NCBI GenBank assembly: GCA_966095605.1
Contig: CBHTTJ010000002.1
Coordinates: 8,702 to 72,701 of the forward strand
Source: an uncultured bacterium
GTDB taxonomy: Bacteria; Verrucomicrobiota; Verrucomicrobiia; Limisphaerales; JACDHS01
Direction: 5' to 3'
DNA length: 64,000 bases
In this document: one piece after another, positions 11,178-20,817 of the stretch
How the letters are laid out: every line of letters begins with the position of its first letter
Numbering within the stretch: position 1 is the stretch's first letter
Made by a program: the position numbers and the translations under genes
The notes under the pieces: model-generated
What the model was told of the DNA's origin: nothing
The model's input: the letters and a program-made list of their open reading frames with translations, nothing else
Databases searched by the model: none

Positions 11178-12400
11178 AAAAGACTTTCCGATTTTGCTCC
11201 GCCGCCACGCTCGCGCTTTCCTTGATGGTCGCGGCGCGCGCACAGCAGAATCCTGCCCCGGCTCCTGTTCCGGAGGCACCTGCTCCGGCCGCTCCTGCTA
11301 CCGCTGCTCCAGCACCAGCCGTCGAGCCAGCCGCTGCCACGAATTCTGTTGCAAAACCCGTTTCGAAGAAAAAAACAGGGGCAAAGACCGCGACGAAAAA
11401 GAAGACCGCTACCGCCAAGAAGCCCGCGGCAAAAAAGACGGCAACGTCCGCCACTTCGGGTTCGCAAACAAACAAGGCAATTACCCGCATCGAAATTAAT
11501 CCGCCGGAGACAGCGACCGTGAAGCAGGAAGCTGTCAACGTTCGTGGACGTCCCTCTTTCGTTGGCGAAGTCATTACCAAATTGAAGAAGGGTGAAACGG
11601 TTTCGGTGCTCGAGGAAATTACTCTCAACAAACCGAAGAAAGGTGAGCCGGGCAAATGGTTCAAGATCAGTCTTCCGACCAATACGCCGGTGTGGGTTTT
11701 TGCCGAATTCATTGATGCGAACAAGACGGTGGTGCCGAAAAAATTAAATCTTCGGGCCGGCCCTGGAGAAAACTTCAGCCCGATCGGCATTATGACGAAG
11801 GGTGAAACCATCAAAGATCTCCGAAAGGTAAACGACTGGATTGAGATCGAAGCGCCTTCGACTGCTTTTGCTTTTGTCGCTGCTGAATTCATTGATCGCA
11901 AGGGAGCGGCTTCCGCGCCGGAAGTTGCGGTTGCGCCTGCTCCTGCCGCGGAACCTGCCAAACCGGTTGAGACGACACCCGTTGCCGAACCGGAACCAGT
12001 CAAACCTGCTGCTGAAGAAACCAAACCAGCCGAACCAACTCCTGTTGCCGTTGCACCGGCTCCAGCCCCGGAACCCGCGCCAGCACCTGCCGCTGCTCCG
12101 CAGGAAATCGAAGTCAAACGTGTGGTGAAACGCGAAGGAACGTTGAAGCGCGCTATTAATATTCAGGCGCCAACGGATTATCGACTCGAAGGTTTGGACG
12201 GAAAAGAAACCATCAATTACCTCTTTTCTCCGGAAGAACAGAAGATGGACGAAAAGACAAAGAAGATGGTGACGGTTCCAAAGTTTGATCTTAAGCCCTA
12301 CATCGGCAAACGCGTCATCGTAACCGGTGAAGAAGCCATGGATCGCCGCTGGGCTCTCACTCCGATTTTGACCATCGAAACCATCGAAGTGGAGCAATGA
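11174..12400 (+). CDS. secreted protein with two bacterial SH3 domains and low-complexity P/A- and K/T/A-rich linkers
   Basis: Signal peptide MKKTFRFCSAATLALSLMVAARA. Two SH3b-like units (VNVRGRPSFVGEVITKLKKGETV ... WFKI and LNLRAGPGENFSPIGIMTKGETI ... WIEI). The ATGA start overlaps the rluB-like stop. Confidence 0.7.
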   Translation: MKKTFRFCSAATLALSLMVAARAQQNPAPAPVPEAPAPAAPATAAPAPAVEPAAATNSVAKPVSKKKTGAKTATKKKTATAKKPAAKKTATSATSGSQTNKAITRIEINPPETATVKQEAVNVRGRPSFVGEVITKLKKGETVSVLEEITLNKPKKGEPGKWFKISLPTNTPVWVFAEFIDANKTVVPKKLNLRAGPGENFSPIGIMTKGETIKDLRKVNDWIEIEAPSTAFAFVAAEFIDRKGAASAPEVAVAPAPAAEPAKPVETTPVAEPEPVKPAAEETKPAEPTPVAVAPAPAPEPAPAPAAAPQEIEVKRVVKREGTLKRAINIQAPTDYRLEGLDGKETINYLFSPEEQKMDEKTKKMVTVPKFDLKPYIGKRVIVTGEEAMDRRWALTPILTIETIEVEQ

Positions 12401-13281
12401 CGAATCTTATTGATGGTCGTGCCATTGCCGAACAGATTCACAGCGAAACCGCGCAGCGTGTTGCGGCGCTGAAATCTCGCGGCGTTCAACCCAGTTTAAT
12501 TTTCGTGCGCGTGGGGGAAGACCCGGCGTCGAAAGTTTACGTCGGGATGAAGGAGAAAACGGCCGCACGCCTTGGAATTCTTTCTGAAACCCGCGTTCTG
12601 CCTGAGACCACTTCCGAGGCGGAACTTCTCGAACTCATTCACAAGTTGAACGCTGATTCGCGTGTGCACGGAGTCCTCGTGCAGGCGCCGTTGCCACGTC
12701 ATATCAGTGAAACAAAAATTTATTCCACGGTCCTCCCGCAGAAAGATGTCGATGGTTTTCATCCCGAAAACGTCGGTAAATTGATGCTCGGCGACAAAAC
12801 GGGTTTTCTTCCCTGTACGCCTGCGGGTGTGCATGAGTTGCTGATTCGCAGTGGTACGAGAATGGACGGTGCGGAAGTGGTCGTCCTTGGTCGTGGTAAT
12901 ATTGTCGGCAAACCAATGGCCGCTATCCTGATTCAAAAGGACAAGCACGCGAACGCGACGGTGACGGTTTGTCATTCCAAAACCAAAGACATTGCCGCGC
13001 ATTGTCGTCGTGCCGATATTCTCGTCGCCGCGCTCGGTGCCGCTGAGTTTGTGAAAGCGGACATGGTCAAACCTGGCGCAGTCGTCATCGATGTTGGCGT
13101 GAATCGTATTCCGGACGCCACTGCCAAAGGTGGTTCGCGTCTGGTCGGAGACGTCGATTTTGCCGCGGTGCAAAAGGTCGCTGGAAAAATTACCCCGAAT
13201 CCCGGTGGCGTCGGTCCGATGACCATTGCCATCCTGATGCAGAACACCGTCCGTGCGGCGGAACTGTTGGCAAAGGGTTGA
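12397..13281 (+). CDS. folD: bifunctional methylenetetrahydrofolate dehydrogenase/cyclohydrolase FolD
   Basis: 294 aa with a full-length FolD pattern: VGEDPASKVYVGMKEK, GRGNIVGKPMA, PGGVGPMTIA. The start overlaps the upstream stop (ATGA). Confidence 0.95.
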   Translation: MTNLIDGRAIAEQIHSETAQRVAALKSRGVQPSLIFVRVGEDPASKVYVGMKEKTAARLGILSETRVLPETTSEAELLELIHKLNADSRVHGVLVQAPLPRHISETKIYSTVLPQKDVDGFHPENVGKLMLGDKTGFLPCTPAGVHELLIRSGTRMDGAEVVVLGRGNIVGKPMAAILIQKDKHANATVTVCHSKTKDIAAHCRRADILVAALGAAEFVKADMVKPGAVVIDVGVNRIPDATAKGGSRLVGDVDFAAVQKVAGKITPNPGGVGPMTIAILMQNTVRAAELLAKG

Positions 13282-13336
13282 TTCTTTTGAATTTTTACGC
13301 GGCGTCGCCTGTCCTTCCTGCGCGAACGCTTTATTC

Positions 13337-14149
13337 ATGACTGAGCAGGGCCAAACATCTCAGAAAGCCTGGAATCCGCTGACTTTTCGCGGCCTCGCGC
13401 GGTTTGCCTCTTCCAAGTGGCCGCGTCTGTTACTTATCGAATTCGTTTTCAGTCTCGTCGTGTTTGCTTCGGTGATCTGGTTTGTTGGAAAGAATTACGC
13501 GCCGGTGATTGTGCAAACCATTCATCAATTGCCCGAAACGGGTCGTTTGGAGAAGGAACAATTACAAGGAATCGAATCCCGCCTGGAGACCGATGGAAGA
13601 TTTCTCACGCTGGTTGTGGATACCAACAACGTGACGGACACAGGGACGGGTTATCTGCAAGTGGCCTTTGGGCAAACGAATGTTTTTATTTGTTCGGACA
13701 TCAGTTCGTCCTGGGGATGTCTGGTTTTGGATTATCCGGGCGAGACGATCGATCTCAGCCGTTCCACCGTTCAACCCTGGTGGGGAGCGAGGCAGCCGTT
13801 GATCATCATGGCGGTGGGTGCATTTTTTATTGTAGCGATTTTTGTAACGCTTCCCCTGATTGCATTGTGCCTGCTATGGCTGCCTAAATTCCTCGGCTAT
13901 TTTGCGGATCGGCAATTGAACTTTCAGGAGGCATGGAAACTCGCCATCGCTGGACAATTTCCCGGCTTAATCGTGTTGGCGGCGGCGATTGTTTTGTTTG
14001 GAACGCAGGCGATGGATTTATTGGGACTGGGCGTCTTCTACGTCCTGCATATTGTTGTCGACATTGTCTATCTCGTTGCGGCTGTTCCCTTTTTGCCGCG
14101 AATCGAAGGGGTTATTACGTCCAATCCCTTTACGATATCCAAAAAGTAA
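13337..14149 (+). CDS. hypothetical polytopic membrane protein
   Basis: Start set at ATG 13337 (MTEQGQ...) because the longer ORF from 13253 would overlap the folD end. Several hydrophobic helices and no recognisable motif. Confidence 0.55.
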   Translation: MTEQGQTSQKAWNPLTFRGLARFASSKWPRLLLIEFVFSLVVFASVIWFVGKNYAPVIVQTIHQLPETGRLEKEQLQGIESRLETDGRFLTLVVDTNNVTDTGTGYLQVAFGQTNVFICSDISSSWGCLVLDYPGETIDLSRSTVQPWWGARQPLIIMAVGAFFIVAIFVTLPLIALCLLWLPKFLGYFADRQLNFQEAWKLAIAGQFPGLIVLAAAIVLFGTQAMDLLGLGVFYVLHIVVDIVYLVAAVPFLPRIEGVITSNPFTISKK

Positions 14150-14163
14150 GGGGAAAATAGCGT

Positions 14164-14234
14164 TCCGGACGTATTTCTGGCTCTTGGAAAATTAAAAGGG
14201 GCACACTCCGGACGGATTTCCGACTCTTGGAAAA
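14164..14234. repeat. two copies of an imperfect 28-nt direct repeat
   Basis: TCCGGACGTATTTCTGGCTCTTGGAAAA (14164-14191) and TCCGGACGGATTTCCGACTCTTGGAAAA (14207-14234), with 3 mismatches. They lie in the intergenic region between convergent genes. Confidence 0.6.
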
Positions 14235-14369
14235 GGGATTCTGAGCAAGTTTCTCACTGAAAAACGATCCCAAATCCTCTAAAATTCCAAAACTTTTCCA
14301 ACCAGGTCAGATTTCTTTCTCTGTCTTCCCCTCGCGATAATTTAGCTGCGTTATCGTTAACGCTCTTGG

Positions 14370-15599
14370 CTAAAACCGTAAAAACCACTTACGTCGATAC
14401 AGGAACCAGGCAACCAGATAGAGACCAAACATATAGACGATCAATCCCCACAACATCGAAGCCGTTTCTGGAGCGACTACTTTCTGAGATGCTAAAAGGC
14501 CAAACGTGTGATCATAAAGGAAGGTCTTTAAAGCTACCTTGCCACCCTCCACCTTGATATCCACGCTCAGCCGTCCCAAAACGCCCGCGAGAATGAAGAC
14601 AGTGATAGCGTTCATCCCGTAAATCGCGAACGGCTTCGCCCATTTTTGGTAGCCTTTGACGTCGACTAGCCAGTAGTAAATCGCAAAAACGTTCATCGCG
14701 AGGCCAGCCATGAGAACGGAATAGGAACTCGTCCAGAGGCGTTTGTTGATCGGCATCCAAAAACTCATCAGGCCCGAAGCAAAAATCAGAACGCTGCCGA
14801 CGGTGAAGAGCCACGCGGTTTTTTCCGTAGGATTCGTTTTTTCGCAACGCAGAAATTGTCCCGTCAAAATGCCGAACAAAGTTGTCGCAATCGCCGGGAT
14901 CGTGCTGATCACTCCTTCGGGATCGTAGGTGGTGGAATCTCGAAAGACGTGACCGTTGAAGACCATCATGTCGACGAACTCAGAAAAGTTTCCGTGCAAA
15001 TCCATAACACCCGTTCCGTAACCGGGAACAGGCACGCACTTCATCAGGACCCAATAAAACGCAAGCAACCCGATGGTCCAGAGAATGAGTCCGCGTAGTT
15101 TGGTATTCAGGAAAATTAAACTCGCGAACAGATAACAGACTCCGATCCGTTGCAGCACCCCGGGATAGCGAACGTGTTCGACGAGTTGGTTCATCCAGTA
15201 ACCAAAACCTTCGTGCCTGGGAGAAAGAAATACGCTGAGAAAATACGTGAGCGAATTCAAAGCGATCCCAATCCCGATGAGAATGAGGGAACGCTTCAAA
15301 ATGCGCAGCACGAGCGAAGAACGATCTCCGCCTTCGTCCAATTTGCGTCCCAATGAAAACGGAATCGCAACTCCAACAATCCAAAGAAAGAACGGAAAGA
15401 TCGTGTCCGTAAACGTCCAGCCGTGCCACGGGGCGTGTTCGAGTGGTTCATAGACATGATCCCAGTTGCCGGCGTTGTTCACCAGCATCATCGAGGCAAT
15501 GGTTGCGCCGCGAAAAACATCCAGCGACATCAGGCGTGTGCTGCTTTTCGTTGGAGCAGGGGAGGCAACCGTAGGTGCGCTCGAACTGGACGTACTCAT
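14370..15599 (-). CDS. DUF5009/heparan-alpha-glucosaminide N-acetyltransferase-like membrane acyltransferase
   Basis: 409-aa polytopic protein. The N-terminal motif RLMSLDVFRGATIASMMLVNN ... WHGWTFTDTIFPFFLWIVG is typical of this family. Confidence 0.65.
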   Translation of the reverse strand: MSTSSSSAPTVASPAPTKSSTRLMSLDVFRGATIASMMLVNNAGNWDHVYEPLEHAPWHGWTFTDTIFPFFLWIVGVAIPFSLGRKLDEGGDRSSLVLRILKRSLILIGIGIALNSLTYFLSVFLSPRHEGFGYWMNQLVEHVRYPGVLQRIGVCYLFASLIFLNTKLRGLILWTIGLLAFYWVLMKCVPVPGYGTGVMDLHGNFSEFVDMMVFNGHVFRDSTTYDPEGVISTIPAIATTLFGILTGQFLRCEKTNPTEKTAWLFTVGSVLIFASGLMSFWMPINKRLWTSSYSVLMAGLAMNVFAIYYWLVDVKGYQKWAKPFAIYGMNAITVFILAGVLGRLSVDIKVEGGKVALKTFLYDHTFGLLASQKVVAPETASMLWGLIVYMFGLYLVAWFLYRRKWFLRF

Positions 15600-15732
15600 G
15601 TGTGGAAACTAAAAATGCCAAAGCGCACTGGCATTGGCGAGGAATTCCCGCGCGACAGTGGCTCCCCGATGCTTCACCGCTGCCAAAATAGGGTTGAAAT
15701 CTCCGCGCGAGGCGGCAAATGTCACCGGAAAT

Positions 15733-16410
15733 ATGAAATTACCTTTTCTATGTGCGTTGATAGCTACAGCGCTCTTGCTGTCGACCGGTGCGAAGGCCGA
15801 AGAAGCCAAAAAAGAAGCTCCCAAGACGGAAACGAAATCCGAAACCAAACCTGATGCGGCAAAGGATGAAAAAAAGTCTGACGCAAAAGCCGAAGACAAA
15901 AAGGCCTCCAAAGATGAAGTGGCCGTTATCTCCACCAGCGAAGGCGACATGGTAATTGAATTTTGGCCCGACGTGGCTCCGAATACGGTCGATAATTTCA
16001 AGAAACTCGCGAAACAGGGATTTTATGACGGCACCTGTTTCCATCGCGTGATCAAGGGATTCATGATCCAGGGCGGCGATCCGCTGACGAAAGATGCTTC
16101 CAAAGAAGCCATGTGGGGCACTGGCGATCCAGGCTACAAAATTAAAGCCGAGTTCAATGATCGTTCCCACAAGCGTGGTGTGATCTCGATGGCCCGTTCG
16201 GCGAACCCGGATTCGGCCGGCAGCCAGTTCTTTATTTGCCATGGCAGTCCAACTTTTCTCGATCATCAATACACGACGTTCGGAAAATTGATCAAAGGCG
16301 ACGACGTCCTGGAAAAGATCGCTACCACTGCGACTCATCCGCCGGATCGCCCGGACAAACGCATGGAAATCAAGAGCGTCAAGATTGTTCCAGCGAGTGA
16401 CGTTAAATAA
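15733..16410 (+). CDS. exported cyclophilin-type peptidyl-prolyl isomerase
   Basis: Start at ATG 15733 gives signal peptide MKLPFLCALIATALLLSTGAKA. A K/E-rich linker follows, then the cyclophilin core FHRVIKGFMIQGGDP ... SMARSANPDSAGSQFFI. Confidence 0.9.
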   Translation: MKLPFLCALIATALLLSTGAKAEEAKKEAPKTETKSETKPDAAKDEKKSDAKAEDKKASKDEVAVISTSEGDMVIEFWPDVAPNTVDNFKKLAKQGFYDGTCFHRVIKGFMIQGGDPLTKDASKEAMWGTGDPGYKIKAEFNDRSHKRGVISMARSANPDSAGSQFFICHGSPTFLDHQYTTFGKLIKGDDVLEKIATTATHPPDRPDKRMEIKSVKIVPASDVK

Positions 16411-16437
16411 TTGGCCAGCTTTTAGATTTTAAAAATT

Positions 16438-16956
16438 ATGAGTAACGAAGTTGCAGTCATCAAAACCACGCAGGGCGAAATGGTCCTGGAATTCTGGCCG
16501 GACGTTGCGCCAAAGACGGTGGAGAATTTTAAAACCCTCGCGAAAAAAGGATTTTACGATGGCACCTGTTTTCATCGTATCGTCAAAGGTTTCATGATCC
16601 AGGGCGGCGATCCGTTGACAAAGGATGCCGGTGCCGAAGGACGCTGGGGCACAGGCGATCCGGGTTACAAAATCAAAGCGGAATTCAACGATCGTTCGCA
16701 CCAGCGCGGCGTGATCTCCATGGCGCGTTCGGCTCATCCCGATTCTGCCGGTAGTCAATTCTTCGTTTGCCTTGGCAATGCTTCTTTCCTCGATCGCCAG
16801 TACACGGCTTTTGGTAAATTGATCAAAGGCGACGATGTGCTCGGCAAGATTGGCGATACAGCCGTGACCATGAGCAACAGCGGCGAGCGCAGCAAGCCGA
16901 CTACGCGCGTTGGCGTGGAGAGCGTGAAGATTGTGCCCGCTGACTCCGTGAAGTAA
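16438..16956 (+). CDS. cytoplasmic cyclophilin-type peptidyl-prolyl isomerase
   Basis: 172 aa with no signal peptide. The core is highly similar (~80% by eye) to the upstream paralog: FHRIVKGFMIQGGDP ... SMARSAHPDSAGSQFFV. Confidence 0.9.
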   Translation: MSNEVAVIKTTQGEMVLEFWPDVAPKTVENFKTLAKKGFYDGTCFHRIVKGFMIQGGDPLTKDAGAEGRWGTGDPGYKIKAEFNDRSHQRGVISMARSAHPDSAGSQFFVCLGNASFLDRQYTAFGKLIKGDDVLGKIGDTAVTMSNSGERSKPTTRVGVESVKIVPADSVK

Positions 16957-16975
16957 TTTCTTAATTGAAACGCGA

Positions 16976-17016
16976 AAACGTGAAGCGTGCATAACGTTTC
17001 ACGTTTTTCTTTTTTC
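16976..17016 (+). terminator. Rho-independent terminator after the second cyclophilin gene
   Basis: 9-bp stem AAACGTGAA (16976-16984) / TTCACGTTT (16998-17006), followed by TTCTTTTTT. Confidence 0.65.
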
Positions 17017-17211
17017 ATGACGAACGCTGAACTTGCGCAGGTCCTCACCGCACTTGGTTGTCCGCCGGAGAAGTCACTTGAAATGGCGGGGCAGTTGGAC
17101 AAGCGCGCCCGTCAACTCGCGGAACAAAAAGGCCGTTCCTACGAAGAAGCGCTGACGCATCTGCTTAAATTAATGAAAGAAGGCTGGGCGGCGAAGGAGC
17201 GCGGTTTGTAA
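17017..17211 (+). CDS. hypothetical small helical protein
   Basis: 64 aa from ATG 17017 (MTNAELAQVLTALGCPPEKSLEMAG...). The longer ORF from 16987 would run through the terminator hairpin. No recognisable motif. Confidence 0.4.
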   Translation: MTNAELAQVLTALGCPPEKSLEMAGQLDKRARQLAEQKGRSYEEALTHLLKLMKEGWAAKERGL

Positions 17212-17216
17212 CAGGA

Positions 17217-17723
17217 CTATTGTTTTGCCGCTGGTGTTCCCGCAGCCGCTTTTCGTGCGGCATTCAATTGATCCACCACGCTGTTGTAATTGGTGGCGAG
17301 TTCGTTGAATTTGCGAATGGATTCGTTGGCTTTTTCCGTCACCGATCGCAGCTGCTTCTCCATTTCCCCCAGACGTTCATCACGCAGCGTCACGGCCTGC
17401 TTCCAATTTGTGATGCTGGTTCTCAATTGATCGCGTTCGCTGATAACACGGGTCAAATCCAATTCGCGGTTCTCCGAAGTCTTGCGCGCAGCGAGAAGAT
17501 TGGAATGTGTTTCCGTGAATTGATCCTTGAACAAAGCCAGATCGCGGGTGAGACCTTGCATCGCCTTTTCCTGCTCGGAAATTTTCTCCTCCTGTTCGAT
17601 CCGGATTTTCTCGACGCGGTTCAGGTCAAGGTGCAGGCGTCGGTCCCGCTGCCATTGCACGACACATAAACAGGTCAGCAGGACGACACCAATCAGGTTG
17701 GCATATTGCAGCGTTCGGTTCAT
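17217..17723 (-). CDS. membrane-anchored coiled-coil protein (last gene of the TonB operon)
   Basis: 168 aa with an N-terminal TM segment (LQYANLIGVVLLTCLCVVQW), then heptad-rich E/K/R/L sequence. Its ATGA start overlaps the exbD stop. Confidence 0.6.
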   Translation of the reverse strand: MNRTLQYANLIGVVLLTCLCVVQWQRDRRLHLDLNRVEKIRIEQEEKISEQEKAMQGLTRDLALFKDQFTETHSNLLAARKTSENRELDLTRVISERDQLRTSITNWKQAVTLRDERLGEMEKQLRSVTEKANESIRKFNELATNYNSVVDQLNAARKAAAGTPAAKQ

Positions 17724-18154
17724 TTGCTGGCGGGGTTTGCTCCGCGAATTTCGAAAGCCACTCTTTGAATGCCGGTTGAACGAACGACATCGAGAACTCG
17801 CACGACGGCGCCGTGACGTGCCTCCTGGTCACCGCTGATGAAGACACGGAGTTGATCGTTTGTGCGATGCGCTGCGGTGAGGAATTGTGAAAGCTCGTGC
17901 GGCCCAATGACCTTTTTGTCCAGATAGATCATTCCTTCCTTGTCCACAGCGAGATTTACGAAGTCCTTTTTCGTTTCCATGTTCGCCGTGGTGGCGGTGG
18001 GAAGATCGACCTTGATGGTTTTCATGTTCACCATGCTGAGACTGACGAGCATGAACGCCGCGAGCAGAAAGAACATGATGTCAATCAGCGGCACGATTTC
18101 GATGCGCGCCTCATGACTTTCTGACGGAAGTTTAGAACCTAGTTTTACCGGCAT
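17720..18154 (-). CDS. exbD: biopolymer transport protein ExbD/TolR
   Basis: The motif ARIEIVPLIDIMFFLLAAFMLVS plus a periplasmic domain. Start set at ATG 18154; an upstream alternative at 18196 would overlap exbB. Confidence 0.85.
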   Translation of the reverse strand: MPVKLGSKLPSESHEARIEIVPLIDIMFFLLAAFMLVSLSMVNMKTIKVDLPTATTANMETKKDFVNLAVDKEGMIYLDKKVIGPHELSQFLTAAHRTNDQLRVFISGDQEARHGAVVRVLDVVRSTGIQRVAFEIRGANPASK

Positions 18155-18173
18155 AAGGCCTTGTTGCTGAAAT

Positions 18174-18860
18174 CTAGGAGCTTTTGCGATTACCACTCAC
18201 GGCCTTGCGGCGTGCGAATTCCTCGAGATCGTGCCCATGATGTTTAGCCGATTGCACGAGCAGTTCGACATGATTGATCGTGTGTTCCAGCTTCGAACGG
18301 AAACTCCCGAAGCGACGATTGAAATAGTTGTAGGGAAGCAGGCAGAGAATCGCGATGCCCAAGCCGCAGGCGGTGGCAATCAACGCCTCGGCAATGCCGC
18401 CGCTGACCTTGGTCGGGGCGAGTTGGTCGTCGCCGACAAAATTAAACGAATGCATGATGCCGGTAACGGTTCCGAGAAGACCGAGCAATGGAGCGAGGGT
18501 AATCAAGGTGCTGAGGATCCATTGCAAACGTTCGCCGCGATCAAGTTCTTCCGAGGCGCGGAGCTGCATGGCGCCAAGCATTGAACTGTGCGCGTGTAAT
18601 AAACCGTCGTGGACCGTTCGCAGAAACGGATCATTGGTATTCGTCGTGAGACGAACGGCGTGTTCAAAGTCGCCCGAGGAAATGGCATCGAAGGTTTCGT
18701 GCAACGTTTCCTTTTGCGTATGCCGTTGCAGGTTCCACCACCAGAGAATGCGTTGGGTCACGACGATAACCGCGGCAAGTAGTGCGACAAGGATCGGCCA
18801 CATGATAGGCCCGCCTCGGAGGAAGAAATCGACGACAATGTTCGCTAGGATTGGCTGCAT
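18174..18860 (-). CDS. exbB: MotA/TolQ/ExbB proton-channel protein
   Basis: 228 aa, three TM helices, conserved C-terminal channel region [15 protein letters not shown] ... [18 protein letters not shown]. Confidence 0.85.
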   Translation of the reverse strand: MQPILANIVVDFFLRGGPIMWPILVALLAAVIVVTQRILWWWNLQRHTQKETLHETFDAISSGDFEHAVRLTTNTNDPFLRTVHDGLLHAHSSMLGAMQLRASEELDRGERLQWILSTLITLAPLLGLLGTVTGIMHSFNFVGDDQLAPTKVSGGIAEALIATACGLGIAILCLLPYNYFNRRFGSFRSKLEHTINHVELLVQSAKHHGHDLEEFARRKAVSGNRKSS

Positions 18861-18863
18861 AAA

Positions 18864-19631
18864 TCAGTTCTGGAGATTGAAACGAATGTCGACTTCATAA
18901 AGCCGCCGTAGTCCGGCCTTGAAATGCCACTGTTCTCGCACCACGCGCAGGGCGGCTTCGTTGAGGAGTCTCCATGGGGAAGGGGAGGCGACCTTAGCGG
19001 AGATGACATGACCGTGTTCGCCAACGCTGAATCGGATCGTCACGACTCCTTGCTGGCCTTCACGCAGCGATTGCCGGGGATATTCCGGTGCAGGTTGTTT
19101 ACCTTCGCCTTCACCGTAGGTGAGCCGTTGAGTTGTCGATGCAGATCCAACGCCGTTTGCTGCTGCAGCCGAGGCGCTTTCCGTGGCTGGCTTGGCATAG
19201 CTGGCCTGTTGCACCGCGACTACACGCGTCGGACCTTCGATAGGCAAAGCGAAGGAGACTGCCGATGGTTCTGCGACCGCGATCATCGGCGGCATCTCGA
19301 GCGTTACAAATGTGTCGGGCATGGATGGAGGTGTGGCAACGTCCACCGAGGGCTGAGACGAAATTGGCGTGGCCATTGGTTCGGACGTGAGTTCCACATT
19401 CAACATTTCGGCTTGAACCGCCGGCGCTTCCGACACGGCACGGGCCGGAAGCGAGTAGGGGAGATAAATGCCCATGACACCGACAGTTAATACCAATAAC
19501 CACAGGACCAGTGTGCCAACAGAGATTGAGGATGTTTCTGTTTCTTCTTTGACCAGCATGGGACGTTTTGTAACGGGTCTTGGTCGAGACCTCGGCCGCT
19601 GTTGGTCCGCGATTTCTGGCGTGGTAATCAT
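18864..19631 (-). CDS. tonB: energy transducer TonB
   Basis: N-terminal anchor, a P/S/A-rich spacer and a C-terminal TonB domain (YPRQSLREGQQGVVTIRFSVGEHGHVISAKV). Confidence 0.8.
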   Translation of the reverse strand: MITTPEIADQQRPRSRPRPVTKRPMLVKEETETSSISVGTLVLWLLVLTVGVMGIYLPYSLPARAVSEAPAVQAEMLNVELTSEPMATPISSQPSVDVATPPSMPDTFVTLEMPPMIAVAEPSAVSFALPIEGPTRVVAVQQASYAKPATESASAAAANGVGSASTTQRLTYGEGEGKQPAPEYPRQSLREGQQGVVTIRFSVGEHGHVISAKVASPSPWRLLNEAALRVVREQWHFKAGLRRLYEVDIRFNLQN

Positions 19632-20812
19632 TTGGGTAGAGAAATTGTCGTTTCAGTCTGCATCGACAGACTGTCGTCGGAATTACCCGAAGACTTTTTA
19701 TTCGAGAGAAGGCGGTGAACAGCCAGGGAGATTCCTGTCCAGACCAGGATGGCGGCTCCAAGAGAAGCGAGTGCGGCAATGATTTGTCCGATCATCCCAG
19801 CGGCTTCGCCGGTATGCATCCAGCGGGTCCAAAAACGGAGTTTTCGTCCCGCATTGTAGCTGGAGTATGTCTCGTACGAAACAGGTTCGCCTGTCTCGCT
19901 ATTAAAACTCAATTGTGACCGGAGATCCGGTCGCGCGCCATTTCCGCAATCGATCGTGAATGCCATCGGTTCTTTGCTCGACGTTGGTAAACGCAACGTA
20001 ATGGTCTTCCATTCCACAACTTTTTCCGTAGCGATCTGCCACATCGCATTGAAGTGTTTCAGGTTGAGTTCGCCCGCTTCCATATTGCTCCGAGTGCGGC
20101 CACCTTCTCTGCCTTCCGTGCGTTTCGGTGCTTCATTTCCCGTGACGCGATAAAGAAGATTCGTCGCCCAACCATAGGACATAATCACACCGGTTGGGAC
20201 GATGATGAGTAGCGGAATGGCGGACCAGATGCCGATCACGTTGTGCCAATTCCAGTCGCGTGCCTTACCGTTCAAGGAGAAGTTCAAGCGCGTGATGGTT
20301 CTGATGATGGAACGAGTCCATTGGCGTGGCCACCAAAGATAGAGGCCGGACACGACGAGAAAGAAAAAGACCAGATTACACGCGCCGGTAATCGCTTTGC
20401 CAAACGCGCGATGCTCTGTCGAAACAGCCAGCCAACGATGAAGATCGGTGACGAAACTGAAGAAGGCACGTGTTTTTGTTGCGCCAGTTCCCAATCTTTC
20501 GCCGGTGTAAGGATTCAGCAACAGGCTTTTCTCCCGGCTAAAGTTAAAGATCACCGGGGCCGCGGAATCGGCCCGCAAGGTGACCATCGACGGCATCATT
20601 TGATCGTTTGCTTCGCGCGCTTTAGCAAACAACGCTTCCATCGAAAGGCGGTTGCTGCCAGGAGCGGCAACGATTTGAACATTCTCTGCTTTGGCGACAA
20701 CCTGTCGTTCAAATGCCAGCAGGACGCCGGTGACGGACATGATCAGGATCACCACGCCCGCGACGGAGCCGGCGATCAGGTGCAGCCAGAAAATGGTTTT
20801 GCGGAAAGACAT
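19628..20812 (-). CDS. PepSY-associated TM-helix protein (PiuB-like)
   Basis: FRKTIFWLHLIAGSVAGVVILIMSVTGVLLAFERQ at the N-terminus and a second TM pair at the C-terminus. Start set at ATG 20812; the GTG at 20833 would overlap piuC. Confidence 0.75.
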   Translation of the reverse strand: MSFRKTIFWLHLIAGSVAGVVILIMSVTGVLLAFERQVVAKAENVQIVAAPGSNRLSMEALFAKAREANDQMMPSMVTLRADSAAPVIFNFSREKSLLLNPYTGERLGTGATKTRAFFSFVTDLHRWLAVSTEHRAFGKAITGACNLVFFFLVVSGLYLWWPRQWTRSIIRTITRLNFSLNGKARDWNWHNVIGIWSAIPLLIIVPTGVIMSYGWATNLLYRVTGNEAPKRTEGREGGRTRSNMEAGELNLKHFNAMWQIATEKVVEWKTITLRLPTSSKEPMAFTIDCGNGARPDLRSQLSFNSETGEPVSYETYSSYNAGRKLRFWTRWMHTGEAAGMIGQIIAALASLGAAILVWTGISLAVHRLLSNKKSSGNSDDSLSMQTETTISLPK

Positions 20813-20817
20813 TGTTT

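Noticed and set aside
11152-12117. 321-aa minus-strand ORF antisense to the SH3b gene
   Set aside because: It is a G/A/S/T low-complexity mirror image of the P/A-rich coding strand. The plus frame has a signal peptide and SH3b domains.
12496-13338. 280-aa minus-strand ORF antisense to folD
   Set aside because: folD on the plus strand is unambiguous over its full length. The antisense product is R/H/T-rich with no motif.
15748-16992. 196-aa and 187-aa minus-strand ORFs antisense to the two cyclophilin genes
   Set aside because: The plus frames carry the complete cyclophilin signature. The antisense ORFs are shadow ORFs of the duplicated sequence.
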